A stretch of 61,463 bases of DNA, filler included, from Pirum gemmata (lineage: Eukaryota), in NCBI GenBank assembly GCA_002812295.1. It is 7 parts of 7 records of this genome, joined end to end, with 100 filler letters (N's around TTAATTAATTAA, not from the genome) between each part and the next. Parts side by side here need not be neighbours in the genome. Positions count along the whole stretch, not along the records: positions 43,218 to 53,264 come from PDIN01000095.1; positions 53,365 to 61,463 come from PDIN01000096.1; 5 more parts are not named here. One strand, written 5' to 3'. Position 1 is the first letter of the stretch, and each line of letters starts with the position of its first letter. Below are positions 49,501-61,463 of this stretch, one piece after another. The position numbers and the translations under genes are program-made. A model generated the notes under the pieces. It did not search any database. It had not been told where the DNA came from and saw only the letters and a list, made by a program, of their open reading frames with translations.

Positions 49501-50677
49501 TGTTTTTTAATAGTGTTTTCCAGTTCAAAAACTGAAATAAACGTATTAATATCAAATTATTTTTATGGTTAAAAACTATCAGACATGTTTTACATAGACA
49601 CAATATATAGTTTAAACATAAAAATAATTTAGTTCGTTTATTTCAGTTTTTGAACTGGACAACACTATTGAAAAACACGATAACAATAATATCATGAGGT
49701 GATTATGATATTAATACCCAGTCTACTCATCTAGCTATTATATTAATATCAGATATCATCTACAGGCAACAGTTAGCAGCTTATATATTAATTCAGTACT
49801 GGAATATTCAATTCTAACAAACTATATATACATTTTATAACAAGACTTAGTTATGATTTGTATATATTATAGTGCTTTTCATTGTTTTTGCCGTCATAAA
49901 ATAAACAATAAATAGTACCAAATCAATACAACATAAATCCATTTAATTCATTTGGTATATTTCATTATTTATGTATTGATTTAAAAATGTCAATTTAAAG
50001 ATTATAACCCTCCAAATAAATATTCAGGGTGACAAAATAAATGAAAAGCACGATATATCATTGTGTTTTTCAATATTGTTATCCAGTTCAAATTATTATT
50101 ATGGTTAAACTATCAGACATGCTTTAATTAATTAGGGTCAGTTTGAATGTCCTATCGTGTTGTCCAGTTCAAAAACTGAAATAAACATACCAAATTATTT
50201 TATGGTTTTAAACTATCAGTCATGTTTTAATTAATTTGGTATTTTGTAATTAATGTTGTATTTTATAAACAAGTTCAATTTACACTTAATCAGTATCAAA
50301 TTAAAGATTGAGAGGACAACTGTTTATATTTATAACAGGAGTTTTTCCTAGTAGTAGGAGGTAGGGGGCTTTTCAATACTTTTTCAGTGCCTGTTTTTTC
50401 CTCTCATGTTTTTTTCAGTGTTTTTTTTTCTAGGTCAAAACACTTTTTTTTCTACTTGTCACGGTACTTGCCAGTTTTTTTTTTTAAAAAAAATTGTCTA
50501 TGTAGTTTTGTGTCCTAGGTTTTGTGTCGCAGGAAAAAAAAAACCAGTATAAAATGCTTGCCGATTTCAACACACACAGAAAAAAAAAAACAATAACAAG
50601 AACAAAAAATAATAAAGAAAAAAAAAGAAAAAAAAACTAAAATCAAAACCAAACCAAAACCACCACCAACAACAAAA

Positions 50678-51643
50678 ATGCAATATTCATCATCAAGTAA
50701 CGCTATTGCTACGTGCACTACACTGATTCTTTTATTAAACAGTGTAAACGTGGAAGCAGCTGCTGTAACTTGTACTGGAAAAGACCAAGATCCCTACGCT
50801 ACTGGCTCATTAGTAAATTGCTGTACAGGGTTAACTAAAATCTTAGGTAATTTTAATAGCCAAACGAAAGAAAATTACCAATGTCAAGATAGTACTAGTT
50901 CTGGTAGTTCTGGTAGTTCTGGTTCTAGTTCTGGTGGTACCTCACCTACTGACCTAACTAAAGCTACCCTGCAATGGAGTGATGAATTCGATTCGTTCGA
51001 TACGTCTGTTTGGGAAGCTGTTACTGGATACCTCAACGTTAACGGGGAAATAGAAACCTATTCTTCTGACAAACAATACGCTTATGCTGAAGGCGGGGTC
51101 ATGAATTTGGTTGCTAAAAAGCAGAGCGACGGGAAATGGTATTCAGCTCGATATCAAACGAAAGGAACTAAAGAATTCTTGTATGGTTACATAGAAACTA
51201 AAATAAAAATGCCAGTCACCAATGGGGCTTTTCCAGCGGTTTGGATGTTGGGTGGTGATGGAGGAGCTTGGCCTGCACGAGGGGAAATTGATATTGCTGA
51301 ATACCAGAGCGTATGGAGTAAAGTACCCACCACATTGCATTTTACCGATCATCATGGTGGAAACGCTTTGTCTTACAAAGGTACTATCGATAATTTGGCC
51401 GAATGGCATACCTTTGGGTGGGATTGGCGAGAAGATTACTTAGCCGCATATCAAGATGGAGTTAAAATTGGTGAATACAAAAAACCTGCCAACGCCGATA
51501 ATTCTAATTGGCCTTATGGTAGTACTTCCAATCCTTTTTACTTTTTGATGAACTTGGCAGTTCAACCTTCATGGGGATCTCATCCAGATGCAGGAACCAC
51601 AGAAATGAAATTTCAAATTGATTACATACGTGTTTATGAATAA
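50678..51643 (+). CDS. Secreted GH16 glycoside hydrolase (laminarinase/beta-1,3-glucanase type), intronless
   Basis: Hydrophobic leader, 4-Cys module, Ser/Gly linker, then WSDEFD, YSARY, FPAVWML, catalytic WPARGEIDIAE (ExDxxE) and IDYIRVY. Confidence 0.93.
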   Translation: MQYSSSSNAIATCTTLILLLNSVNVEAAAVTCTGKDQDPYATGSLVNCCTGLTKILGNFNSQTKENYQCQDSTSSGSSGSSGSSSGGTSPTDLTKATLQWSDEFDSFDTSVWEAVTGYLNVNGEIETYSSDKQYAYAEGGVMNLVAKKQSDGKWYSARYQTKGTKEFLYGYIETKIKMPVTNGAFPAVWMLGGDGGAWPARGEIDIAEYQSVWSKVPTTLHFTDHHGGNALSYKGTIDNLAEWHTFGWDWREDYLAAYQDGVKIGEYKKPANADNSNWPYGSTSNPFYFLMNLAVQPSWGSHPDAGTTEMKFQIDYIRVYE

Positions 51644-52565
51644 AAATTATTATTATATAATATATATCGATCAATTAATTTTTTAGAATTCTAAAATAAA
51701 AAAAAATGTTTTATTATATTATGTATTATAAAAATAAATCAAATAAAGTAATTATTATTTTATTAAAAAAAACCACAATTACAAACAACGACTCTTCTCT
51801 TTTATTGTATCATTGTAGTTGATATCCCAACTTCAATGTAGTTGAATTTTTGTACTATTGTTTTCAAAAATTGTAGCTATATATAGTAAGCTATGTGCAT
51901 TTTTATTGTTATTTTTATTAGTTTGTGGTGCTGGTTGTGGTGCTGGTTGTAGTCTGCTTTGTAGTCTATTATGTATAACTAAATAGTATAAACAAAGGTT
52001 TCAGTTGGATCTTGTTCTCTTCCTCCTTTTTCTTTTCTCTCCTATAGAATGCAAACTAATCGGTATTTAAATTTGAACTTACTTAGTGCTTAGTTTATTT
52101 AAAATGTACATTCAATATAAAACAGGTACAGAAACTGGCTACCCGAGTTTCGCCAACCGTGATTATAATCATGATAGAAACTATACTATATTTCAATGTA
52201 AATTTTACAAAGAATAATTACTATATAAGCCAGAAAAACTTTCCTAAAATTATTATTCTTTATAGTTAAGTTTATACAGGTAATAATGTAACAAAAGAAA
52301 AACTAAATATATAATTGTCATAATAGGTTTAAAAAAGTATGTAAAATATTTTCAATATGATAAAGTTAGCTAATATTTTTATATTTTAATGTAATATTTA
52401 TAATACATTGCTATTTATTCTTTTATTTTTTTGTTTTGTTGTAAATTGTTTTATCAATAATTACCCGTGGGATCGATAAAGTTTATGTGCAGTAGGTGTT
52501 ACTACTACTACACGGGCATTTTACTATGATAGGAATTAGTAAAAGTAGTATTAGTAACACTATAG

Positions 52566-52767
52566 TATCGTCTATCCCATTACAGTTGTCCTCTCAATCT
52601 TTAATTTGGTACTGTTTAAGTGTGTACAATTGAACTTGTTTATAAAATGCAACATTAAGTATAAAATAACAAATTGATTAAAACAAGTCTGACAGTTTAA
52701 CCATAATAATAATTTGTTACGTTTATTTCAGTTTTTAAACTGGACAACACTATTGAAAAAAACGATA
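52566..52767. mobile_element. MITE family B (~200 bp), representative copy
   Basis: TATCGT...CAGTTGTCCTCTCAATCTTTAATTTGGTAC...CTGGACAACACTATTGAAAAA.ACGATA. Other copies near 20365, 36337, 49497-49682, 50055, 50155, 56760 and 58400. Confidence 0.85.
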
Positions 52768-53232
52768 CTTAAATTTTAGTCAGGGTCCCTAGCTAGACTT
52801 TCTTTAAACACTCTCATATTTCCCTTGTTGTTGCCGCTATGATTATGATGATTATTATAAGTACAAAGATTAAGTAACTTCATGTGCTATATAGTTGTCT
52901 TAATAATCATCTTTATAGTAACAGTGGGAATGGATATATAAGAGTTTAAAAAAAGTCTGGGTATGGGTTCATATCTGAAGGTAGATGATAGTGATAGTGA
53001 TAGTAGTATCTGTACAATTACAACATTACAACAGTATAATAGAATAATACAGCAATACAATAATACAGCAATATACTACAATGATATACATACATTTAGT
53101 ATGTAATGATGTCGTATATTCGTTGTGACTATTATCAATGTTGGGAGTATTAATATTGTATTGCTAGTAGGTTTTTGGTATTTTTAAGGTATTGTTATAT
53201 CATAGCTGATCTTTTATAGTGTTTATAAAGCA

Positions 53233-53264
<32 letters not shown>

Positions 53265-53364
53265 NNNNNNNNNNNNNNNNNNNNNNNNNNNNNNNNNNNN
53301 NNNNNNNNTTAATTAATTAANNNNNNNNNNNNNNNNNNNNNNNNNNNNNNNNNNNNNNNNNNNN
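53265..53364. other. Artificial contig linker
   Basis: N44-TTAATTAATTAA-N44. Confidence 0.98.
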
Positions 53365-53406
53365 ATAATAATAATAATAATAATAATAACCAAGCCGGAT
53401 AATAAT

Positions 53407-53600
53407 GGCGACATCCGCCATATGAGCTCAAAAATCCAAAAATCCTCAAAGCGATCCAATTTTAAATGAAAGTACTACCAAATGTTGAGAAAGCTGCTAA
53501 CTAAGAAACTCTATTATTAACCAATGGCTCGGTTTTAAAAATAATTTGGCTAGTTAGCATTTTTAGAAAAGAAGTCTAAAAAAAAAAGTTTTAGTCTATC
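53407..53600. repeat. Dispersed repeat family D
   Basis: ACATCCGC.ATATGAGCTCAAAAA.CCAAAAA...AAGAAACTCTATTAT...AGAAAAGAAGTC; also at ~35680-35860 and ~56218-56540. Confidence 0.8.
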
Positions 53601-55889
53601 TCGAAAAAAAAAAAATACTTTTCTGGAAAAAAAACACACTTTTTTTTTTTTAGCCTACACTACCGACCTATCGACGTTAATTTCCGCTCAAATACCACCT
53701 ACCTACCTACCCCTTGACGTGACTAATATTTGAGAGAAAAATTACAACTTCTTTAGAAGCTCTAACCACTGACTCGAATACTAGGCTCGACATTTTTTGA
53801 AAAAAAAAAAAAATCTTTATTTATAAAAATAATCTATGTAATACGATCGATTTTATTTATAATCGAAATTTAATAAGTCTAAACATTATGTTCGATTTTC
53901 GGTTTTCATTATAATAGGTTCTAAGACTCAAGACTCAAGACTCCAGGTAGCTCCCTCGTAGTCTACCAAACCAACTAATGGCTACAAGCTAGCTAGCTCG
54001 TATCAAATTAATATAATATAAATCCATTTAATTTAATTTGGTATATTTTATTATAAATATATATTGATTTAAAAATGTCAATTTAAATATTATAACCCTC
54101 CAAATAAATATTCGGAGTGACAAAATAAATGAAAGGCACGATAGTCTATATGAAACAAATCAATAAATTACAACTCTAATTTAACTATCTATAGTTATAA
54201 CTGTAACCCACTGTTCCTCCTTTTTTTACAAGGAAAACTGAAGTTGCAATTTGTACTTTAGTATAACTATAAGTTAATGATTTGATTGTCGGTTGGTTAA
54301 ACTTGGTTTTGACTTGTTACTAATCCCAACCTAGCTAGCTAACTAAGAATAGACTATCATACTCATGTCTAGCTAGCATAGATTCATAGTAGAGACTAGG
54401 CTTTCAATATAAGGCTATAAGCTGCAGCAAGCAGCAAGTGGTCAGTAGGCAATAGTGCCATGGAACTAGCAATATTAATATTAATACTGGTATTCTGGTA
54501 TGATAAGGGAGCATTCAAATAACACGCTAGGCATTCTTTCATATTACCATATCAACTTTATATTATAGTTCTCTTTTATCTAGATAGATGCTGGATTTAA
54601 TAAGGAGGTTATATGAATGCTATAATTGACTGAATCGACTAAGTACATATGTTATAATTTATAAATGAACATTGTTCAGACAGCTACTTACTGAAACTGT
54701 CTTAGGTGATATGATAGACTATGATATTTTTTAATTAAAAATATGATAATAGAGTCCTGATAGAATCTACTGCCAGATTCTACCGTATTTTTTAAAAAAA
54801 TAGCGTTGATTATGTGCAATGTCTACAAAAGTAACTGCTGTAAAATAGGTGGGGTGGGTCGTGAAAATTTCTGCAGAAAATTTCTGTAAAAAAAGAAAAG
54901 AAAAACTCTCTCAGATTATAAGACTATAATTGGTTAATTTAATTTTTTAGCGACTTGTGGTTTTTGTAAAAGCCGTCTAATCCAATAATATTTAACAGTA
55001 TTTCACAAGTGAAATTTGAGTGAATGAAGAAATGGCTCTTTTTTTGGGAATAATGATTTCGAGATGTCCATTTTTTGACCTATATTTGGGGTATTATACA
55101 AATAAGGATATTTTTTTAGCAGTGATTCTTGAAAAAAGAAGCACCACATTCTACTACTAAACGGAGACTAATTACACAGATCACTGTAGACTGGGGCAAG
55201 CTATCGTGCTTTTCATTTATTTTGTCACTCGGAATATTTATTTGGAAGGTTGTAATCTTTAATTTGATATTTTTAAATCAATAAATAGATAATAAAATAT
55301 ACCTAATTAAATTAAATGGATTTATATTGTATTAATTTGGTGCTATTTATTGTATATTTTATGACGACAAAATAACTGAAAAGCACTATACTACCTATAC
55401 TACTACTCACTACTCTACCTACTACTGCCTCTCTAGCTAGCTAGCTAGTAGTAGCTAGCTAGAGGTAGTCTAAGATTTTTATAATTTTGCAAAGTGTTCA
55501 AACTTTGACAAAAGAAAACGATCCCGAAGTAGACTCAAGTAAAATTATTAAGATAAAAAAGCAACAAAAAATTATAAAAACCAAAATACTATTTTAAGTA
55601 TCCAAGTTACTAGTTATGATAACATTATTACTATTACTATGGTAACATAATTACTATTAAAGTAACTTTGATTCAAAATTTGTGGAAGACTCTAGGAGCT
55701 ATACGTAGCTACTAGCTAGTATTGATAGCTACTGTAGTTAGACTGCTATGAAAGCCTATGATACCTATCTCTAGCTAGAGCTAGCTAGCTATGATACTAA
55801 GAGAGAGTCTGTCTAGCTAGCTAGCTAGTCTAATAATAATTCTAATAATAGGAGATCTTGCTAGCTAGCTAGGGAGATCTTGCTTGGTA

Positions 55890-55928
<39 letters not shown>

Positions 55929-55969
55929 TCTAGAAACCAGATAAAAATAATTATTGTAAGTACAACTTA

Positions 55970-56188
55970 GGGAGCGTTCAAATACTACGTAACGCCAATT
56001 TCCGGTTAAATACAGCTTCAAATATTAATACCCCCCTACCCCTCGACGTTAATTTCTGGTCAAATACCACCTACCTACCTACCATACAGCTTCCAATACC
56101 CTTACCTACGTACCCCTCGACGTTAATTTCTGGTCAAATACCACCTACCTACCTACCCCTTGACGTTACGTATTATTTGATTGCTCCC
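55970..56188. mobile_element. PIF/Harbinger-like MITE (family C)
   Basis: TIR GGGAGCGTTCAAATA...TATTTGATTGCTCCC with a TTA duplication on both sides. Confidence 0.88.
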
Positions 56189-56543
56189 TTAGTACATACT
56201 ATTTATATATTTAAAGTACATCCGCCATAATTATAATATGCGCTCAAAAATCCAAAAAATATCAAAAACTTACTAAAAACTTCCAGTTTTTTTTTTTAGT
56301 CTAAACTACAGCGCTAGCTAGCTAGCTAGCTAGCTCTAGTAGCACTACAGCGGAGACTGTATGTGCTCAAAAATCCAAAAAATATCAAAAACTTCCAATT
56401 TTAATGAAAGTAATACCAAAATGTGGGAAAATCTATAAATAAGAAAACTCTTTTATAAACCAATGGTAAGTTTTTAAAAATAATTTGGTTAGTTATACTT
56501 AAAGTTTTTAGAAAAGAAGTCATAAAAGATTTTTACAGTTTTA

Positions 56544-56688
56544 GGGAGCGTTCAAATACCACGTAACGCCAATTTCCAGTCAAGCACTGCTTCAAATACC
56601 CCTATCTACCTACCCCTTGACGTTAATTTCCGGTCAAATACCGCCTACCTACCTACCCCTTGACGTGACGTATTATTTGAACGCTCCC
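56544..56688. mobile_element. PIF/Harbinger-like MITE (family C)
   Basis: Perfect 15-bp TIR GGGAGCGTTCAAATA/TATTTGAACGCTCCC with TTA TSD. Confidence 0.92.
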
Positions 56689-59579
56689 TTATCTGCCTGG
56701 TAATGACAACAACGAACAATCTCCAATCTATGATAGCTGTAGGCTAGTAGTATTGATATTATCGGCTATTTCATTACGGTTGTCCTCTCAATCTTTAATT
56801 TGGTACTTTTTAAGTGTATAATTGAACTGTTTTATAAAATGCAACATTAAGTATAAAATACCAAATTAATCAAAACATGTCCGATAGTTTAACGATAATA
56901 ATAATTTGGCAAGTTTATTTCAGTTTTGAACTGGACAACACTATTGAAAAACACGATATTAATAATACTACAGCTAGTATCGATATCATGCTTTCCATTT
57001 ATTTTGTCACTCTAAATATTTATTTGGAGGGTTATAATCTTTAAATTGACATTTTTAAGAATTCTGTTAGGTCTAAGGTTCACACAATCCGACCCCTACT
57101 TGGTAGTTATGCATTTATAATATATATGATTATTGCAGTTGTAATTTTTTATTCGTATCATAATTAAAATTATCAATAATATTATACTTTTGTATTTATT
57201 ATATTAATAATTGAAGATTTGAATATCTTTGTGTTTTGGTGGATTTTGTTTTCTGTTTTGTTATTATTTTCAGCTGATTTTCTTAGAAGTAATATATAAA
57301 ATATATTCTATTATTATGATAATATAATGTATTATAATGTATTATTATGAGAACTCATGATAATTATATAGTCAATAATACATCGATATCATAATGATGT
57401 ATATAATAAAGTCACTATCAATATATAGTCTATATAATAGTAGCTGCAGTATCGATGGTACTAAGTACCTTAGAAAAGGATAGCAGAAATTAAATAGTAG
57501 GAATCACTCATATCAAGGTGCTTTTCATTTATTTTGTCACTCGGAATAATTATTTGGAGGGTTATAATCTTTAAAATGTCATTTTTAAATCAATTAATAG
57601 ATAATAAAATATACCTAATTAAATTAAATGGATTTATACTGTGCTAATTTGGTGCTATTTATTGTATATTTTATGACGACAAGCACTAGACCAGGTCCCG
57701 GGTCTCTTTTAGTCCCGGGTCTATAGTATCTGATAGTCTATGCAATGTATGCATAGTCTCATAGAACTATGAGGCATATGATAGATTTATCAGAAAGATC
57801 AAAAAAGTGTGCCAGAAAGTGTCATGTACTTGTCCTAGTGTAGTCTACTTTAATATCATGTGTGACGTGTCTCTACTAGACTATATATAGACCCGATAGA
57901 CTACCAGTAATTTTATTGTGCTTTTCATTTATTTTGTCACTCCAAATATTTATTTGGTTGGTTATAATATATAAATTGACTTTTTTAAATGAATAAATAA
58001 ATAATAAAATATACCAAATTAAATGAAATGGATTTATATTGTATTAATTTGGTACTCTTAATAACTGAAAATCACGATAAGTGTTCAAAGAAGATTCAGT
58101 TTCTTCTTTTATCGAGTTGAAAGTTCGGATCGAAGGGTAGTCACAAGGTAGTTACACTCCATTACTACTATGATATCTCTAGCTAGATATTATTATTATT
58201 ATTATCGATATTATTATTATTATAGTCTGGCTAGCTAGCTAGATGTATGATAGTGGTAGTAGGCATGCTCTGTAATGCTACTATTGATACTAGCTAGCTA
58301 GCTAGTGTGGTCTAGCTAGCCAGCTAACGGTCTAATTCTACTTCAAGTGGAGTTTATTTTATAGTATCATAGCTAACTAACTAGGCTAACTACTATCGAT
58401 ATCGTCTATTTTATTACAGTTGTCCTCTTCAATCTTTAATTTGGTATTGTTTAAGTGTATAATGGAACTTGTTTATAAAACACAGCATTAAGTATAAAAT
58501 ACCAAATTAATTTAAACATGTCTGATAGTTTAACCATAATAATAATTGGGTACGTTTATTTCAGTTATAGACATGTGGATGTTGTGGTACTTAATAAGGT
58601 TGTGGTGGATAATGGATATCAGACTCATATATAGTCTACTACTAGCTAGCCTACTAGTAGCTAGCTAGCTAGCTAGATACAGATATAGTCTAGCTAGTAG
58701 CTAACCAGAGCTAGCCTACTCTAGCTAACTAGCTACTCTAGTAGGGCTCCTACTATCGATAGCTAGCTAGCTACTAGCTCATCTACTCTAGCTAGCTAGC
58801 TAGTACCAGTAATTTCATTTCTCAGACTCGTCAGTCAACAAATTTATTAATAAAATTATGATATCATATTATTTAAAATTATTTATTTATTTTTTAATTA
58901 ATAATATCAATAAGCTATTATTATATATAAAAAAACTGAACATGAATAATAATCGAAGTAAAATCAATGACGTAGCAAAAAAAATTATTGAAGCTGATTT
59001 GGTTCCAAGGTGTTTTCGATTTTGGCCTTTTGAAGATTATGCTTCAGATAATAGTTTCAGTAATAATATAATATAATTATTATAACTAGTATGATAGCTC
59101 AGCCCAGCCAACTCCCAGCCAGTAGGCTATTTAGTAGCCTTGGTTTTCTAAAGTGTGTTTTATCGATAGTTTTATCGATTGACAATGACAATTTGATATA
59201 CATGTATTAATTAATATACTAAGACAGGCTTTAGACTTGTGTATGGAAGGAAATTAAGAAAAACCACTATCTGGTAGTATTTATCATTTTGTTTATTTTA
59301 TTTATTTATAAATAATATTGGATAAAATATTAATATTATTTCAAAAAGACATTTTTTGGAGAAGTGGGATCAGACACTCTAGCTAGCTATTACGATAGCT
59401 ATGGTCAAGCTATTATTAAAAAAACAGTATCGATAACAAATCATAGTGTTATTAATATATATATAATATTATTATTAAATTTTAATATTATATTACTATA
59501 TGATATGTATCATAGCTAGTCTTGTTTCAAACATTGGAACTTTGGAAGTAAAATCATACTATTTTTTCCCTAACCCTAA

Positions 59580-59724
59580 GGGAGCGTTGAAATACTACGT
59601 AAAGCCAATTTCCCGTCAAATACAGCTTCAAATACCCCTACCTACCTTCCCCTCGACGTTAATTTCCGGTCAAATACCACCTACCTACCCACCCCTTGAC
59701 GTGTCGTATTGTTTGAACTCTCCT
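59580..59724. mobile_element. PIF/Harbinger-like MITE (family C) inserted in a short telomeric tract
   Basis: TAA TSD within CCCTAACCC; partial copies at ~30235, ~53670 and ~60736. Confidence 0.85.
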
Positions 59725-61463
59725 TAACCCTAAAATCATACTATTTTTATATCTACCTAATTATTTCCACTGGTTTTGTTTTGTTTACAACATAATATTA
59801 TAATATCAATTTACAGCTATGATATTATTCCTAACTAGCTAGCATCTGCAAAGGTACAAGTCTCTTTGGACTCGTTTGGGGTCTATAACTTCCGTAAATA
59901 AGTATTACAGTTCCTCCACACTTCAGAGTCCTACTGGTTTCTCCACATTTAATAATTATTATTATTGTATCAAGTCTTGATTAATATAATCAAGATATTG
60001 TATTTATGAATATAAATAATAATGAAACCTGCAGTCAGTCTCTGCAGTCCTGAACCTTGGCATTTTTTTTTTTTTGAGAATTAAATTTTTTAATTTTTCG
60101 AATTGTAGGAGGGATGCTAGCTAGCTAGGAGGAGGGAAGACAGAGTGATGACAGACACATCATTCCGCCAAAATCGCCTACCCCACTTAGGCAACTAAGG
60201 TTGGCTCGATACGCATCTGCTCGATAAAAGTTCCAAACAAAAATACTTAATACAATAATGGATCGATATTTATTATACTTTTATTATGGTAATATTGTGC
60301 GTTGTCACTCTGAATAGTTATGCATATTTATTTGGTGGTTTATAACCTTTAATTAAATTGATATTTTTAAACGAATAAATAGATGATAAAATATACTAAA
60401 TTAAATAAAATGGATTTATATTGCATTAATTTGGTACTTTTTATTGTATATTTTATTATGACAAAATAACTGAAAAGCACTATATTATGACTCTATTATG
60501 GTTCCTTATATTTATTATAATAACTATTTATTACTATAATACAAATATTATTTCTTAGTATTTTTTGACGTAATTTTGACGAAATCTGACTTTTTCTTTA
60601 ATACCCCCCCCCCCCTCATCCACCTGTTTGCCTTTCCTTTATAAATAACGAAATATGAATTTCCTTTTTTTTGTGTTTGGGATACACCTAACCCTAACCC
60701 TAACCCTAACCCTAACCCTAACCCTAACCCTAACCATTTCCAGTCAAATACAGTTTCAAATACCTACTACCTACCTACCCCTCGACGTTAATTTCCGGTC
60801 AAATACCACCTACGATAGCTACCTACCCCTTGACGTGACGTATTATTCTCTAGCTAGTAATGTTTTTCGGTATGATATGGGATGAGGTCAAAATTTTTTT
60901 GGAATGACGATTCACAGATTTAGAACTAGATTTAGGGGGGTGTTAATTAAATTTGTAGTGTTACCCGGAACTTACCCCTCCTCCTCCTCTATAATGGCTC
61001 TATTAATTGTGGCTATTTAGTGTCTAACACACTGTGACACTGTCTCTGTCTAAATCTGTCTAAGTACTCAGTCTCTAACTAAGTACTGTCTATTTATAAA
61101 ACTAAAAAATTCTATCATAGTCAAAAAATTAATATTATATAGCTATAAGTATCCAATTAAAGTTTTGTTCTATTTTTAACAAAATTAACTTCCAATTAAA
61201 ATATTGCTCTATTTTTGACATTCAAAGATCACAACATTTTTTTTTGTTTTTAGACTTTCTTAACAAGTGATTGGGTCATTTGGGTTTTTTAGTGTGTGTT
61301 TTTTTTCATTTTTTACTATATATGATATATAAAACCTGAGATATATATTTTCAGGCCAGTAATAATTTCACTAATTTCAAAGTACAATTTTTTTTTTAAA
61401 AAAAAAATAGATTTTATTTCTATTTTTTTTTTTTTTTTTAAATTTTTTTTTTTTTTTTTTTTT

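Overview
AT-rich eukaryotic genomic DNA with spliceosomal GT-AG introns and TTAGGG-type telomeric repeats. The content is compatible with a unicellular opisthokont such as an ichthyosporean, but that is an inference. The window is not one locus: it is seven ~8-10 kb contigs joined by artificial 100-bp linkers (N44-TTAATTAATTAA-N44), so adjacency across linkers has no biological meaning. Supported genes are a partial GIY-YIG-motif ORF, an LRR single-pass receptor, a DUF4395-like membrane protein, a bacterial-like beta-sandwich protein and the 3' part of a multi-exon ABCB half-transporter. Also present are an intronless compact cluster (ankyrin protein, orphan ORF, frameshifted adenylation-like domain, orphan ORF), a spliced 72-aa 8-Cys secreted peptide, a PAN/Apple-GT32 fusion, a spliced RGG-only micro-ORF, a Cys-rich single-pass receptor and a GH16 glucanase. 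The rest is MITEs, satellites and interstitial telomere-like tracts. Most notable: (i) two kinase-less receptors on different contigs with unrelated ectodomains share a juxtamembrane KSAxDFV motif and carry tandemly amplified tyrosine-motif tails; (ii) telomeric tracts look like break-repair insertions, one with an 18-bp flanking duplication; (iii) small spliced genes are missed by the ORF track; (iv) the intronless cluster may be a viral or HGT island.
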